Assembly: GCF_001194135.2 (NCBI RefSeq)
Contig: NC_068998.1
Location: forward strand, 44,398,279-44,451,154
Reading direction: 5' to 3'
Length of the DNA stretch: 52,876 nt
Origin: Octopus bimaculoides
Lineage: Eukaryota
Every line of letters begins with the position of its first letter. Position 1 is the first letter of the stretch. Below, piece after piece: positions 39,181-50,434 of this stretch. The translations under genes and the position numbers were made by a program. The notes under the pieces are model-generated. The model was not told the origin of the DNA. It did not search any database and saw nothing but the letters and a program-made list of their open reading frames with translations.

Positions 39181-39343
39181 GACTGGCTTCTTTTAGTTTC
39201 CATCTACCAAATCTACTCACGAGGCTTTGGTCAGCCTGAGGTTATAGTAGAAGACACTTGCCCAAGGTACCATGCAGTGGGACTGAACCCTTAACCATGT
39301 GGTTGGTAAGCAAGCTACTTACCACACAGCCACTCTTGTGCCT
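38930..39343 (-). mobile_element. SINE family D, well-preserved full-length copy with internal (CA)n
   Basis: Complete tail, central (CA)n and tRNA-like head (reverse complement aggcacaagagtggctgtgtggtaag...gggttcagtccc). Confidence 0.93.
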
Positions 39344-39511
39344 ACTGTGTATACTAAAAATGCATAATCATTCGTCTACTTAACATCATCTCTCTCTCTC
39401 TTTCACTTTCTCTCCCTCCCTCTCTTTCTCTTTATACACATATAAATATGTGTCTGTCTGTTTGTATGTATGTATATATGTCTTGTTAAGGTTATTATTG
39501 TAGAACTTTAT

Positions 39512-39707
39512 CCCTTTAGTATTCAGTTTACTCTGTAAAATGTAATGCTTATACACTGTTCATTAATTTTGAGATTTCAATAAAATGATTATTTATTATT
39601 ACGGTAACATTGTTTGGTAAGTGTGAGAGGCTGGATCTGGCTGGTGTGAACATAAAACTAGTAGAATATTATTTGGGCTGGATATGGCCAGTTTAAATGC
39701 TAAAGGG
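39512..39707. mobile_element. piggyBac-like MITE (second family)
   Basis: Termini ccctttagtatt and aatgctaaaggg; right flank TTAA, left flank TTAT. Confidence 0.8.
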
Positions 39708-40769
39708 TTAAGAATAACAGAATATTTACTGATGGAGTGACTCTATATTATAGGAAGAGTCAAATTTATTGTAAAGATCAAGTTGAAAGAACTTTACAAT
39801 AATACTCACACACACTGTATTTGTCAACCCTAGGCTACACCCTAAATTACACCTTAAAACCTGTGTTTGTAAAGTAAACTCCTTAAGAGCACAGGAAAAT
39901 ATACAACCATCATTGTATATTTTCCTGCATTTGTGAGTGTGATTTTTTTGTTTTTCCACTGTTTGTCTGTGAATGTGTTTTTTTTTTATATGTATGCAGT
40001 TATACATATTTTTCTGGTTATCTATAATTACCTATGTGTATATGTTATTGCTTTATATGAGCATGTGCATATGTACATGTATGTTTGTCTATGTGTCTGT
40101 ACTTGTCTATGCATATGTGTGCTTTAGTATGATACTCAAATCGGAGGGAAAAAAACCAAAAACATGGATAGATTTATATCTATTCCTATATTTATGTGTG
40201 TGTGTTTGTGTGTGTATGAAAGCCAATTGAATGTATAGTTGTTGTTGTTGTTGTAGTCAAGAACTGGCAGACAGTCTATCTACCTGCCATAATTTTTTTC
40301 TGTCTTCTAATCATTTCAAAGAATACAATAAAAGCTTCCTGTTATTTACTATAGAAACCTTTGTGAATGATTTCTTTGTAGAGAATTAAGGTAAGTGAAA
40401 GCAATATGTCTTTTGTTATTAGAATATTAATAGTAATTAAATCTTTAGGAAGTTAATAATACATAGAAATTATTAAATAAAAACTAAATGTGTATTTTGG
40501 GAAAAAATAAAATGAACTAAAAGATAATATATTAATAAACAAAAAGAAAAAAATGTCATTTTAGTACATGATGTTATAGAAATATGATTTAATTATTGAA
40601 AAGGAATTTTTTGTTAAAGTGTGAAAAGCTATTTCCTATTGCTTCAATTGATGTTGATAATACAGTAATCAATATGATAATGATGCTGGTGATGATGGTA
40701 GTATGATGATGATGATGGTAGAGAAGTAATGGTGATGATGTAGGCAGTGTTAGTTGCTGATGGTAGTGA

Positions 40770-41075
40770 TGAAGCTGTTGTTTTTTAACCCCAGGTCAGT
40801 CAGCACTACTTGAGCAGACTTATGATGAAAAGCATTCTTGCCATGACCATCCTGTTTTTTTCTTTTGTTTTCAAGATAATTTATTTTGAAGTCTGTTATG
40901 TCTTATATCCTTCATTTCAAAGTCAATTGGGTATGATATTTTGAGAAATTGGACTGTTATCTCTGCTTTCAGTCTCATTTGTAAAGCATTTATATTTTTT
41001 ATAAATGGAGAACCTTCCCACAGATAATGACACTACTGTGCATTGGAACTATTTCTAGCAAGTAGAAAACCACTT
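40770..41075 (-). mobile_element. Dispersed repeat family F
   Basis: accccaggtcag...gagcagacttatgatgaaaagcattcttgccatgaccatcc...ctatttctagcaag. Confidence 0.6.
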
Positions 41076-41134
41076 AGGGGTTACTGCCTTGTATATTTTA
41101 AATTATAGTCCTCTTAAAAATTGCATTCACAAGG

Positions 41135-41292
41135 AATTAACCCCAGTAATTAACTGGTACTTCCTTTTACCAGCCTCAGAAGGATGAAAGAGTGAGTTCA
41201 TCTTAGCAAGATTTGAACTCATAACATAAAGGACTCTAACTAAATACCACAAGGCATTTTGTCTGATGCTTTACAGTTATGTCAGTCTGCCA
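41135..41292 (-). mobile_element. SINE family C, degenerate
   Basis: aactggtactt...aggatgaaag...gatttgaactcataacataaag...aaataccacaaggcattttgtc. Confidence 0.7.
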
Positions 41293-41564
41293 TAATTTAA
41301 AGAATGAAAAATATAAAGAAATAACTATAAAACAGGAGCTGTCTCCTTGTCTAAGTATACCTTAGAATAGAGGATATGAAAGTCAAAAAATGAATTATGC
41401 TTAGATGCCACGTGCAGGGGAAAAAATGTGTGTATGAACATATTCAGTGCAGAGACATCAAAAAACTAATTAGAAAATATTAGCTAATGACTAAGAATAA
41501 CATTAATCCCTGAAAATTCTTATATTTCAACAACAGTTAGTGCTATACAATCTTGAATATTTAC

Positions 41565-41668
41565 CTGATGGTTCCCTCATTGTTATCTTGATAAGTACTG
41601 TAAAGCCTGTGATTGGCTGAGGAGGTCTTATAAGACCAAAACATCTCTAGAGTTGTCTCCACTTGTTG
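41565..41668 (-). CDS. Candidate internal exon (phase 0-2), product unknown
   Basis: Minus strand ttgctttgtcccttctcag| 104 nt |gtaaat; the only open frame reads QQVETTLEMFWSYKTSSANHRLYSTYQDNNEGTI; GC-richer than its flanks. Confidence 0.45.
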
Positions 41669-41713
41669 CTGAGAAGGGACAAAGCAATATTATTCAAAGA
41701 TTGATAGTAATAT

Positions 41714-42090
41714 AGGTGCTGACATGGCTGTGTGGTTAAGAGGTTTGCTTTGCAATTATATGGCTCTAAATTTGGTACCACTGTGTGTCACGAGAGCAAG
41801 TGTCTTATTCTCTGAGTCCACAAATGCCTTGTAAGTGAATTTGGCAGACGAAAACTATACAGAAGCCCATTGTGTGTGTGCATGTGTGTAAGCGGCATCC
41901 TTGTATATGTGTTTGTCACTCAGCACTTGACAACTAGTGTTGATTCGGTTACATCACTCTAACATAGCAGTTTGGAAAAAAAAATACCAAACTTAAAAAT
42001 ATGTGCTGGGGGTGAATTTGATTAACTAAAGCTCTTGAAGGTAGTGCCTCAACATAACAACAGTTCAATAACTGAAGCAAACCATAAAAT
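41714..42090 (+). mobile_element. SINE family D, degenerate full-length copy
   Basis: aggtgctgacatggctgtgtggttaag head, agaagcccattg(tg)n centre, cacttgacaactagtg tail. Confidence 0.8.
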
Positions 42091-42280
42091 AATCATTTCG
42101 TCCTCTTCACATAATTATTTCTAGTTCACAATCAGACTCACTCCAAACTCCATTCTATTTTTAATTAATTTTAATTACAAAGTTATCTTTCTTGCTTTTC
42201 TTGATCAGAATTAATCATTAAGTAAACAGTTTTCTCCTCACTGTTGTTGTAATTACAATTAATCAAAATATCTTCATTTC

Positions 42281-42700
42281 CTTCATTATGTTAAACCCCA
42301 CATTATTAAGTATGTTTTTACATTATGTTAACACCCATCGTGTTAAGTATGTTAATGTGCATTCGACTAGATATGTTAATATCCATTACATTATGCTAAC
42401 ATCCACTTCATTACACATGTTAAAGATTTTTATATCAAATATGTTAATCCACAGTCATTGAATATGTTAATGCTCACTACACAACACTATCTCTCATTTC
42501 TTCAGTATATGAATATCCACTTCATTAAATATGTTTACGTCCACTTCATTAAGTATGTTAATCCCTTCTACATTAAATATACTAATGTCCATTTCATTAA
42601 GTATGTTAAAGCCTACTTCATTATGTATATTAATGTCCATCACATTATGTTAATGCCACTTCGTAAACTATGTTAATGCCAACTTCAGTTAACATGTTAA
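42281..42700 (+). repeat. Degenerate 24-bp minisatellite, consensus about cttcattaagtatgttaatgtcca
   Basis: About 17 imperfect units, most regular at 42500-42660. Confidence 0.85.
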
Positions 42701-42702
42701 AA

Positions 42703-43035
42703 GACACATGGCTCAGTGATTAGAGCATTGGGCTCACAATTATGAGGTAGCGAGTTCAATTTCTGGACCAGGCTATGTGTTGTGTTCTTGAGCAAGACAC
42801 TTTATTTGACGTGGCTCCAGTTCATTCAGCTGTAGAAATGAGTTGTGACGTCACAGGTGCTAAGCTGTATTGGCCTTTGCCCTTCCCTTGGATAACATCA
42901 GTAGCATGGAGAGGGAAGGCTGGTATGCATGGGCGACTGCTGGTCTTCCATAAACAACCTTGCCTGAACTTGTGCCTTGGAGGGGAACTTTCTAGGTGCA
43001 ATCCCATGGTCATTCATGACTGAAGTGGGTATTTG
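42703..43035 (+). mobile_element. SINE family B, full length
   Basis: Colinear with 3253-3581 along its whole length. Confidence 0.9.
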
Positions 43036-43407
43036 ACCACTTCCCTACACCTTTAAACCAGTAGAATTTGTGGAAACTAGTGATGCTCTGCATTAGCAAA
43101 TAATAATACAAAAACTTTAGAGATTGAAATTATTTTCCTACCTAAAATGTTTCACCTGAAGCATTAGACTTCTTTTCCTTCATGCAACATGAAAGATATA
43201 TCGAAGGTAACTTATATAATTAACTGAAGACTTCACGAAAGTAAAGGTGTCACTGAAGATATTGGCAGTGGAAAGCAGACTTTGGCTGTTGTAATATTGT
43301 AATTCTTGAATTCTGTACAACAGCTTAATGGAAACATCTGTTCAAAGTATAGTGTGTACCACTGTTGTGTGGCTAAAATGTTTTCTTCACAACTATGAGG
43401 TTCTAGA

Positions 43408-43665
43408 CTGGCAGTTCTTAACCAGGGTTCATATGGTCCTTAGGGTGAGGTGGGGTCCATATAAAATGTTCGGTTAAAATTTATAAGCAATAAATTTATA
43501 TTTTTACAATACACCAAATATTTTAACATTTTTTTAAAAACACAATTCCTTATAATATTAATAATAAAAATATAATAGGAATTTTTAAACATTGAATAGC
43601 TATGAGGGTCCTCTGGAGTAAAATAAAAATAATAGGGGGTCCATAGATAAAAAAAAAGATGGATT
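43408..43665 (-). mobile_element. hAT-like MITE family, inverted degenerate copy
   Basis: gaatagctatgagggtcc...ggggtccatagataaaaaaa is the reverse complement of the 29004 and 35129 left portions. Confidence 0.55.
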
Positions 43666-44382
43666 TGTGCTAAACAATACTAGGTGAGTGAACTTTGGCA
43701 AACAAAATCTGTATGGAAGCTGATCTTATACAGAGCTGTAGTAACCTCAGACAAACTCTATGCTTCATATCAGTTGACAATTAATTTAATAACTTTAATA
43801 TTTTCATACCTACAGTATCTTTTCATATTTAGGAGGACTGATCCTGTCAAAAGTGTCACTTTGGCAACAAATACTGAATATTATAGATGATAAAGAAAAC
43901 AACTAATTGAAATTTTAGCTAGTTATCCAAATATCTGATTGACTTAGCTGTTTTTGAATCTGTTTGAATGGAAAATAATATAATTTTTTGTACATACACA
44001 CACATATATGTATATGCGTATGTAAATGTGTAAAATTTGAGAGCCACTACATGGTTATGTTGAGTGCTAGGAACAGCAGTGAAATTTATGTAATATTACA
44101 CCCTTGCCATCTAATACATGGATGGACATTGCATTATATTATGTAGTCCAACAGAGCATCTTTGACCATAGGCCTGCTAATATGTATGTCTTATGATGTT
44201 GATAATTCAATATTTCATTATTTCTCATTAAAATAAGGAATTTATTCACCTCTGTCTAATTTCCTTTATTAAAATGAGGCCATTACACAGGAAATTTTAG
44301 TTTAAATGCCATTTGATTGTTGTAATTAGCCTATTATGTAAATGAAGCCTACGTAATGTGTGCACACACACACACACACACG

Positions 44383-44431
<49 letters not shown>

Positions 44432-44676
44432 ATATACACATATACTTGTCTCCCTCTTCTTTGTTCTTCTTTTCCTCTTCTCTCCATCTTTCTTAACAAA
44501 TACCACAAGGCATTCTATATTATGCTCTAATCATTCTATCAGTTCAATTTCTTCTCCACTGTGTGTGTGAATAGGCACATATAATACATATATATTTATA
44601 TATAATTACATGAACGCACACGTGTATACACACACATTATTTATATATACACACACACACATATATATGTATATAC

Positions 44677-44746
<70 letters not shown>

Positions 44747-44773
44747 AAGTTAACTATGCATGTGTCTAGTGAA

Positions 44774-44998
44774 CCCTTTCAATACCAGCCCAGCTGAAAC
44801 CACCTCTCTGGCTCTGTAGTACAAATGTCTTGCTTTCATAAGTTTTGAATCAAAATCTTCCACCAAACCATAGTCACAATTTATGTTCCTAACACTAGCT
44901 TAATGATAACTAAGTTATTTTAATAAATTCTTTGTTTATATTTAAAACTAATTGAAAGAAACAGAGTGCATCTCAAAATAAATACAGTAACCAAAGGG
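44774..44998. mobile_element. piggyBac-like MITE (third family)
   Basis: Termini ccctttc and caaaggg; right flank TTAA, left flank TGAA. Confidence 0.75.
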
Positions 44999-45682
44999 TT
45001 AATGAGCTTTATACTGAGTTTTGAAGTATAAACGATATGACTTCCACAAACATATTTTGTAGAATGTTTCAAGTATTTAAAATCAATATCAAGAATATGT
45101 ACCATATAACACATCATATCACATAGGTAAATTTGAAATGATTTGCTGATATTAAATCTTGTTGATGTTGTATTATATAGCTCCTGATCAGTCTAGATCT
45201 AACAGACCTGTTATTTACTGGCTAACACACATTTTGGTGTCACAGAACTTAAAACAATTCTGCAGTACATTTGAGGTGCTAATTCCAAAAATGGTATCAG
45301 TCTTTCTCTATCAGCTTTAATTAATTAATGATATGCTATTTTGGTACAAAAAGAAAAAAATAACTAATAAATAACTACAGCGTTAAATGTTGTTAAAACA
45401 ACCATATATTAATAAAACAGTTTATTTCAACACAAAAGTACACTAGAGGAGCATTGTATTGTAGTTTGCTTGAAGCATTGTGATATAAGAAAGGAAATAG
45501 AGAAATAATACAGAGAACTTCATACAATGCAATGAAAGAATTAACAAGGATATCCTATGAGCTGTAGAATGGGAACCAAGAATGAACTGTGTGTGTATGT
45601 GAGAGAGAGAGAGAGATTTATACTTCTATAAATCTGATAAATATAATAAAAATTCACATAGCAAGTTCGAAAATTTAGTCAT

Positions 45683-45835
45683 AGGTGCAGGCGTTGCTGT
45701 GTGGTGAGAAGTTTGCTTCCCAGCCACATGGTTCAGTCCCACCTCATGACATTTTGGGCAAGTGTCCTCTACTATATCCCTGGGCCAACCAAAGCCTTGT
45801 GAGTGGATTTGGTCGATAGAAACTAAAAGAAGCAC
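45683..45835 (+). mobile_element. SINE family D, 5' half
   Basis: aggtgcaggcgttgctgtgtggtgag...ggttcagtccc...ttgggcaagtgtcctctactata...aagccttgtgagtggatttgg. Confidence 0.85.
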
Positions 45836-45859
45836 ATCATAATCATATCTTCTTTACAG

Positions 45860-46207
45860 CAGCACACCTGTTTCTTTCCTCATTCTTATTAACTTTTTCT
45901 CCCCTCCCCCCCTCTCTGTCCAGGTCACCATGCCTATTTCTGTCTCTCTGTCACACTCTAACCTTTCATTATCTGACACAAGAGTACCTCCTCTAATGCC
46001 CCCTCCCCTCTCAAAGGTTCTCTGTCTTGCAAGTTACTTGATGACCCTGCCAGTGTTGGTGCCATGTAAAAAGTATCCAGTTATAAAAACCATGCCAAAA
46101 CAAACAGAAGTCTGGCACAGTCTTCTTCTGTCTCATCTCTTGTCAAACCATCCAACCCCTGCCAGCATGGAAGGCAGACATTAAACAATGATAGTAATGA
46201 GGATGAT
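45860..46207 (+). mobile_element. Family E long-body copy
   Basis: Ends ccaacccctgccagcatggaaggcagacattaaacaatgatagtaatgaggatgat. Confidence 0.7.
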
Positions 46208-46282
46208 ATATATANNNNNNNNNNNNNNNNNNNNNNNNNNNNNNNNNNNNNNNNNNNNNNNNNNNNNATATATATATATTTG

Positions 46283-46500
46283 TGAGGGAGTGGTGAAAAG
46301 TTCCTGGCCTTCTGAGTATTGGGTAAGACCTGGTTCAAGGCCCAGTCTTTAGAGTTTTTTTACAGGGCTTAAAAAAAACTGAAGGACTGCTGCAGTAAGT
46401 GTGTGAATCTGAGAGGGGAAGATTGTTAAATAAATCATAACTAACTGATCCTCCTGTATTTATTTTTACCCACAGCCAGGAACTTTTCAGCACCCCTTCA
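46283..46500 (-). mobile_element. Mariner-like MITE, copy 3 (inverted relative to 30521)
   Basis: 26-bp TIRs tgagggagtggtgaaaagttcctggc and gccaggaacttttcagcaccccttca (23/26), followed by TA. Confidence 0.85.
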
Positions 46501-46554
46501 TATGTGTGTGTGTGTGTGTGTGTGGATACGTGCATGCATGTATGTGTAGGCATT

Positions 46555-46780
46555 GATGAGTGCTTAAAAAGGTCACTTCACAACATGATGTTTTCAGGTT
46601 CAGTCCCACTGCATCATACTACAGACAAGCATCTTCCATAGCTGTGGACCAACCAAAGCAATGCTTGATAGATGGAAGCATAAAGAAGCCCATTGCATAC
46701 ACATGTGTGTGTGGGTGTGGGTGTGTCTCCTTGTCTTGACTTCACTCTTTGATAAGCAGTGTAATTCTGTGAAAATATGT
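46555..46780 (+). mobile_element. SINE family D, highly degenerate
   Basis: ggttcagtcccactgc...gaccaaccaaagc...aaagaagcccattg(tg)n...gtcttgac. Confidence 0.55.
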
Positions 46781-47194
46781 CCAGTTGTAGGGTAATATTA
46801 CTTTGCATGGAAATTGGTGAGTGTTTGTGGCATGAAAAGCATTTGCCCATACAAGATTCACTTCAGTAAATTCCCTTTGATCGATGCAAACATAAAAAAG
46901 CAGATGTTAAAACAAAAATGTTGATGTTGATGATGATGATATACATAAGACAGGTTTATACAGAATTCCTGCCAAGATATTCCATCTCAAGACAATCTAT
47001 TAACTCAAGCCTAGAGTAGAAACACAAACTCATGACCAAGATACCAAAATGCACCATTGAACAAAAAAACCAAAGTGCTTAACCACATAGCCATACCAGC
47101 ACCCCTACGTGCAATATTTTCTAAGAAAATGTATCTGTGAATTCCTCTGTGTATGTATGTGCATATGCAAGATTGAGTTATTGAGATAGATACA

Positions 47195-47624
47195 TAAACA
47201 GACAGACATAATATAGACAGGCAGATAGATAGATATGTAGCTAGATAGATAGATAGATTTATAATTAGATGGATAGATAGAGAGATGGATGGATGGATAG
47301 ATGGATGGATGAATGGATAGAAAGAGAGATGGATGGATAGATAGATAGATTTATAATTAGATGGATAGATAGAGAGATGGATGGATGGATGAATGGATAG
47401 AAAGAGAGATGGATGGATGGATGGATGGATAGATAGATAGATAGATATATAGATAAATAGATAGATAGATAGATAAGAGATAGAGAAGTAGTGCTTTTTT
47501 CCATTGAAGACAAAAATGATGGTAAGTAAAAGATAGACAGAGAGTGACAGTGAGTTAAGAATAGAGAGAGATGGAATGGCTATGTAATAGAATATGAGTG
47601 AGGCAAAGAGTTATTTTGTTTAAA

Positions 47625-47679
<55 letters not shown>

Positions 47680-47690
47680 GATAGATAGAT
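47195..47690. repeat. (GATA)n/(GATG)n compound microsatellite region
   Basis: Directly visible; includes an 80-90-bp higher-order duplication at about 47250-47420. Confidence 0.9.
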
Positions 47691-47989
47691 CAGAGAGGGT
47701 GAAAGAGAAAAGTGAGATACAGAGGGTGGGCGACAGAGAAAGTGTGAGAAACGGTGAATGAGTGAGGTTGCGAGTTTATCATTTGTGTAGCTATTCTAAT
47801 TACTTTGAATTAATCATCCATGTTATGAAAAAATATTTTTTCTGTGAATGTAAAGGAGACAGATGTGTTAATTTAAGTTTTAAACAAAAAATCTAATTTC
47901 ATCAGGCATGTATATGAATGAGGTTTGCGGACATTTGTGTGCACATGTATCAAGGAATATGCACGTATATGTGTGCCCACAAGCGCACA

Positions 47990-48170
47990 CACACATATAT
48001 ATATAGAAAATGATATGGGTGCATATATTTATACATCTATATAATCAGATATTTCTTTTATGTGATTGTGTATGGTCTTGTATTTGTGTGTTTAGAGGTA
48101 TAATTGTAATTAGAGCATAACCAAACGTACATTGATATATATTCATATATACATATATATATATACACAA

Positions 48171-48231
<61 letters not shown>

Positions 48232-48307
48232 TATATATACACATATATTTATATGTACACATCTATATATATATATGTGTATATATATATGTGTACATAC
48301 ATATATA

Positions 48308-48361
<54 letters not shown>

Positions 48362-48804
48362 NNNNNNNNNNTATATATATATATATACATATGCATACGC
48401 TAATATATATAGACATATATACATATATATGTATATATGCGTGTGTGTATATATATATGTATGTCTATATATGCATGTATGTATATGTATGTATATATAT
48501 ATATATATATATGCACGTATATGTATATGTATGTATATATATATATATATATGTACGTATATATATATGTACGTATATATATATGTACGTATTATATATA
48601 TATATGTACATATAAGCATATATGTATATATATGTATGTGTATATATATACATGCGTAATGTTTTTCTTTCTAATTTTTGATGAAAAAAGAAACATATCA
48701 CTGATTGATACACACTCCTGTAAGCAACTGTGTCATTGCCTATTATATATTTGTGATTTGTGTGCATATCCATTTACATATTTACATACATATATACAGA
48801 TATG

Positions 48805-48900
<96 letters not shown>

Positions 48901-48925
48901 TAGATAGATAGATAGATAGATATAT
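47990..48925. repeat. Large (TA)n/(CA)n/(TG)n microsatellite block
   Basis: Directly visible; source of the YIYI-type ORFs. Confidence 0.95.
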
Positions 48926-49182
48926 CTGTATGCAAGTATCATTTTAAATCTATGCTAGTACTATACATAATTTATCTGACTGAATTGGCAAAAACTGAAT
49001 TTAGCTTACAGTTTTAATGCTCAAGCTTCTTGTTTGAATGAACAAATGAACAGAACTTTGTAGTTCTTAAAGGATTGGTTTATCATCTCCAAGCATATAT
49101 GTGTGCACATGCACACATACACACACACAGATATTACAGTCTTAATTAAAATAGCTAATTTTTGTCTTTTTTGCCTGTGTAG

Positions 49183-49270
49183 AATTCATGTAGCGACAAA
49201 CGTTGCAGAAAATAGATTCAAAGGGAAACAGAGGGAGGCTAAAAAGGCTACTCAGGAAAAGAGAGAGGGC
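49183..49270 (+). CDS. Candidate internal exon (phase 2-0), product unknown
   Basis: tttttgtctttttgcctgtgtag-type pyrimidine tract | 88 nt |gtatgc; the only open frame reads IHVATNVAENRFKGKQREAKKATQEKREG (charged, possibly coiled-coil). Confidence 0.45.
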
Positions 49271-49574
49271 GTATGCTCAAATATATACTTATATATGTAT
49301 ATATCAATGTTCCTTTATGTGTTTATATGTATAAACACTTTGATTAAACAAATCTGCAATTCTCCCACATACACATGCACACAATCATACCATCACAGAC
49401 ATGTGCACATGCACACACACAAGGAAATCAGTAGCAGCACACAAACTGTGAACGTGTGCATGAGTTGGTTTAAGTGCTAAGGTGTTTGTGTTAATATGTG
49501 TGTCTTAGTTTGGGGTAATCAACTATCTGTATAACGTGTAATAGTTTCTTGTTGTTGATTATCACAATGTCAAA

Positions 49575-49792
49575 CCTGACACTGCAAGCATATGATGAAA
49601 GTCATTCTTAATCTGCTAGAAATGGTGACCAAATCTTCTTGCATTCATACTGTTGTCTTAGAAAAAGTCACTTGGATATTATAATCTGAGGCTTCTTATG
49701 TTTTAGAAACTGAGATATTTATGGATAAGATAAATTTGGTCACAAGAGGTCTGCTAAGCTAGGACTGTCATGGATCTAAACAAGAACAACAA
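49575..49792 (+). mobile_element. Dispersed repeat family F with (AAC)n-like tail
   Basis: ctgctagaaatggtgaccaaatc...gaggtctgctaagctaggactgtcatggatctaaacaagaacaac. Confidence 0.6.
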
Positions 49793-50178
49793 TGGCTTTT
49801 CAATTTCTAATCATAACTATGACTGAAAATCCTATTAATTATAGTTTTATCACTGGGCTTTCAATAGGGGCAGGGTTTACCTATTTAATGCCCCCAAAAT
49901 CAAATGTAGTTAGAATGGCTTGACTGCGATTATTTACACAAAACACCTATAACATTCTAGTTAAGTCTTTCCAAGTCCATCCATGGCCTGACATCCTGTA
50001 TTAAAATTGCTTGGTCATTGTCTCCTCAAGCCTATCTATTGTATTAAAATTGTTTGGCTGTATTAAAATTGCCTGGCTAAAGCCTCTGTATAAATCCAGG
50101 CTATGAGAGACGTGCAATTCTTGATGTTGTCCAGAATAATTCTAAGAGATCAATGACTCCATTGTCTGCTCCCCTTAG

Positions 50179-50316
50179 AGAAATCAAATAATGTATCACA
50201 TATCTTCATGGCTGAGTATAAGTTGTCATTATATTATGGTGACTGCCTACATCTATGATTATTCTAATATCGTCTCTAATCCTGATGAATTGTTTCCTGA
50301 AGTTCAGGACTTTCAG
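50179..50316 (+). CDS. Candidate internal exon (phase 0-0), product unknown
   Basis: ttgtctgctccccttag| 138 nt |gtaaag; RNQIMYHISSWLSISCHYIMVTAYIYDYSNIVSNPDELFPEVQDFQ is open throughout. Confidence 0.4.
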
Positions 50317-50434
50317 GTAAAGTCCTGAACAAGTGGTTGTATGATTTAAAATTAGTTTTCATGTATTTAATGATCTTGTTTGATAGGACCCATTGCATGT
50401 TGTGGTTATTGTTTCTGATATATTTTTTGCTGTG

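Noticed and set aside
42281-42700. CRISPR array interpretation of the 24-bp repeats (and of 25220-25415)
   Set aside because: Units are contiguous and degenerate with no unique spacers, there are no cas genes, and the context is eukaryotic.
49183-49210. IHVATNVAE resembles DEAH-helicase motif V (ATNVAETS)
   Set aside because: The following residues (NRFKGKQ) do not match the TSITI continuation and no other helicase motif is present.
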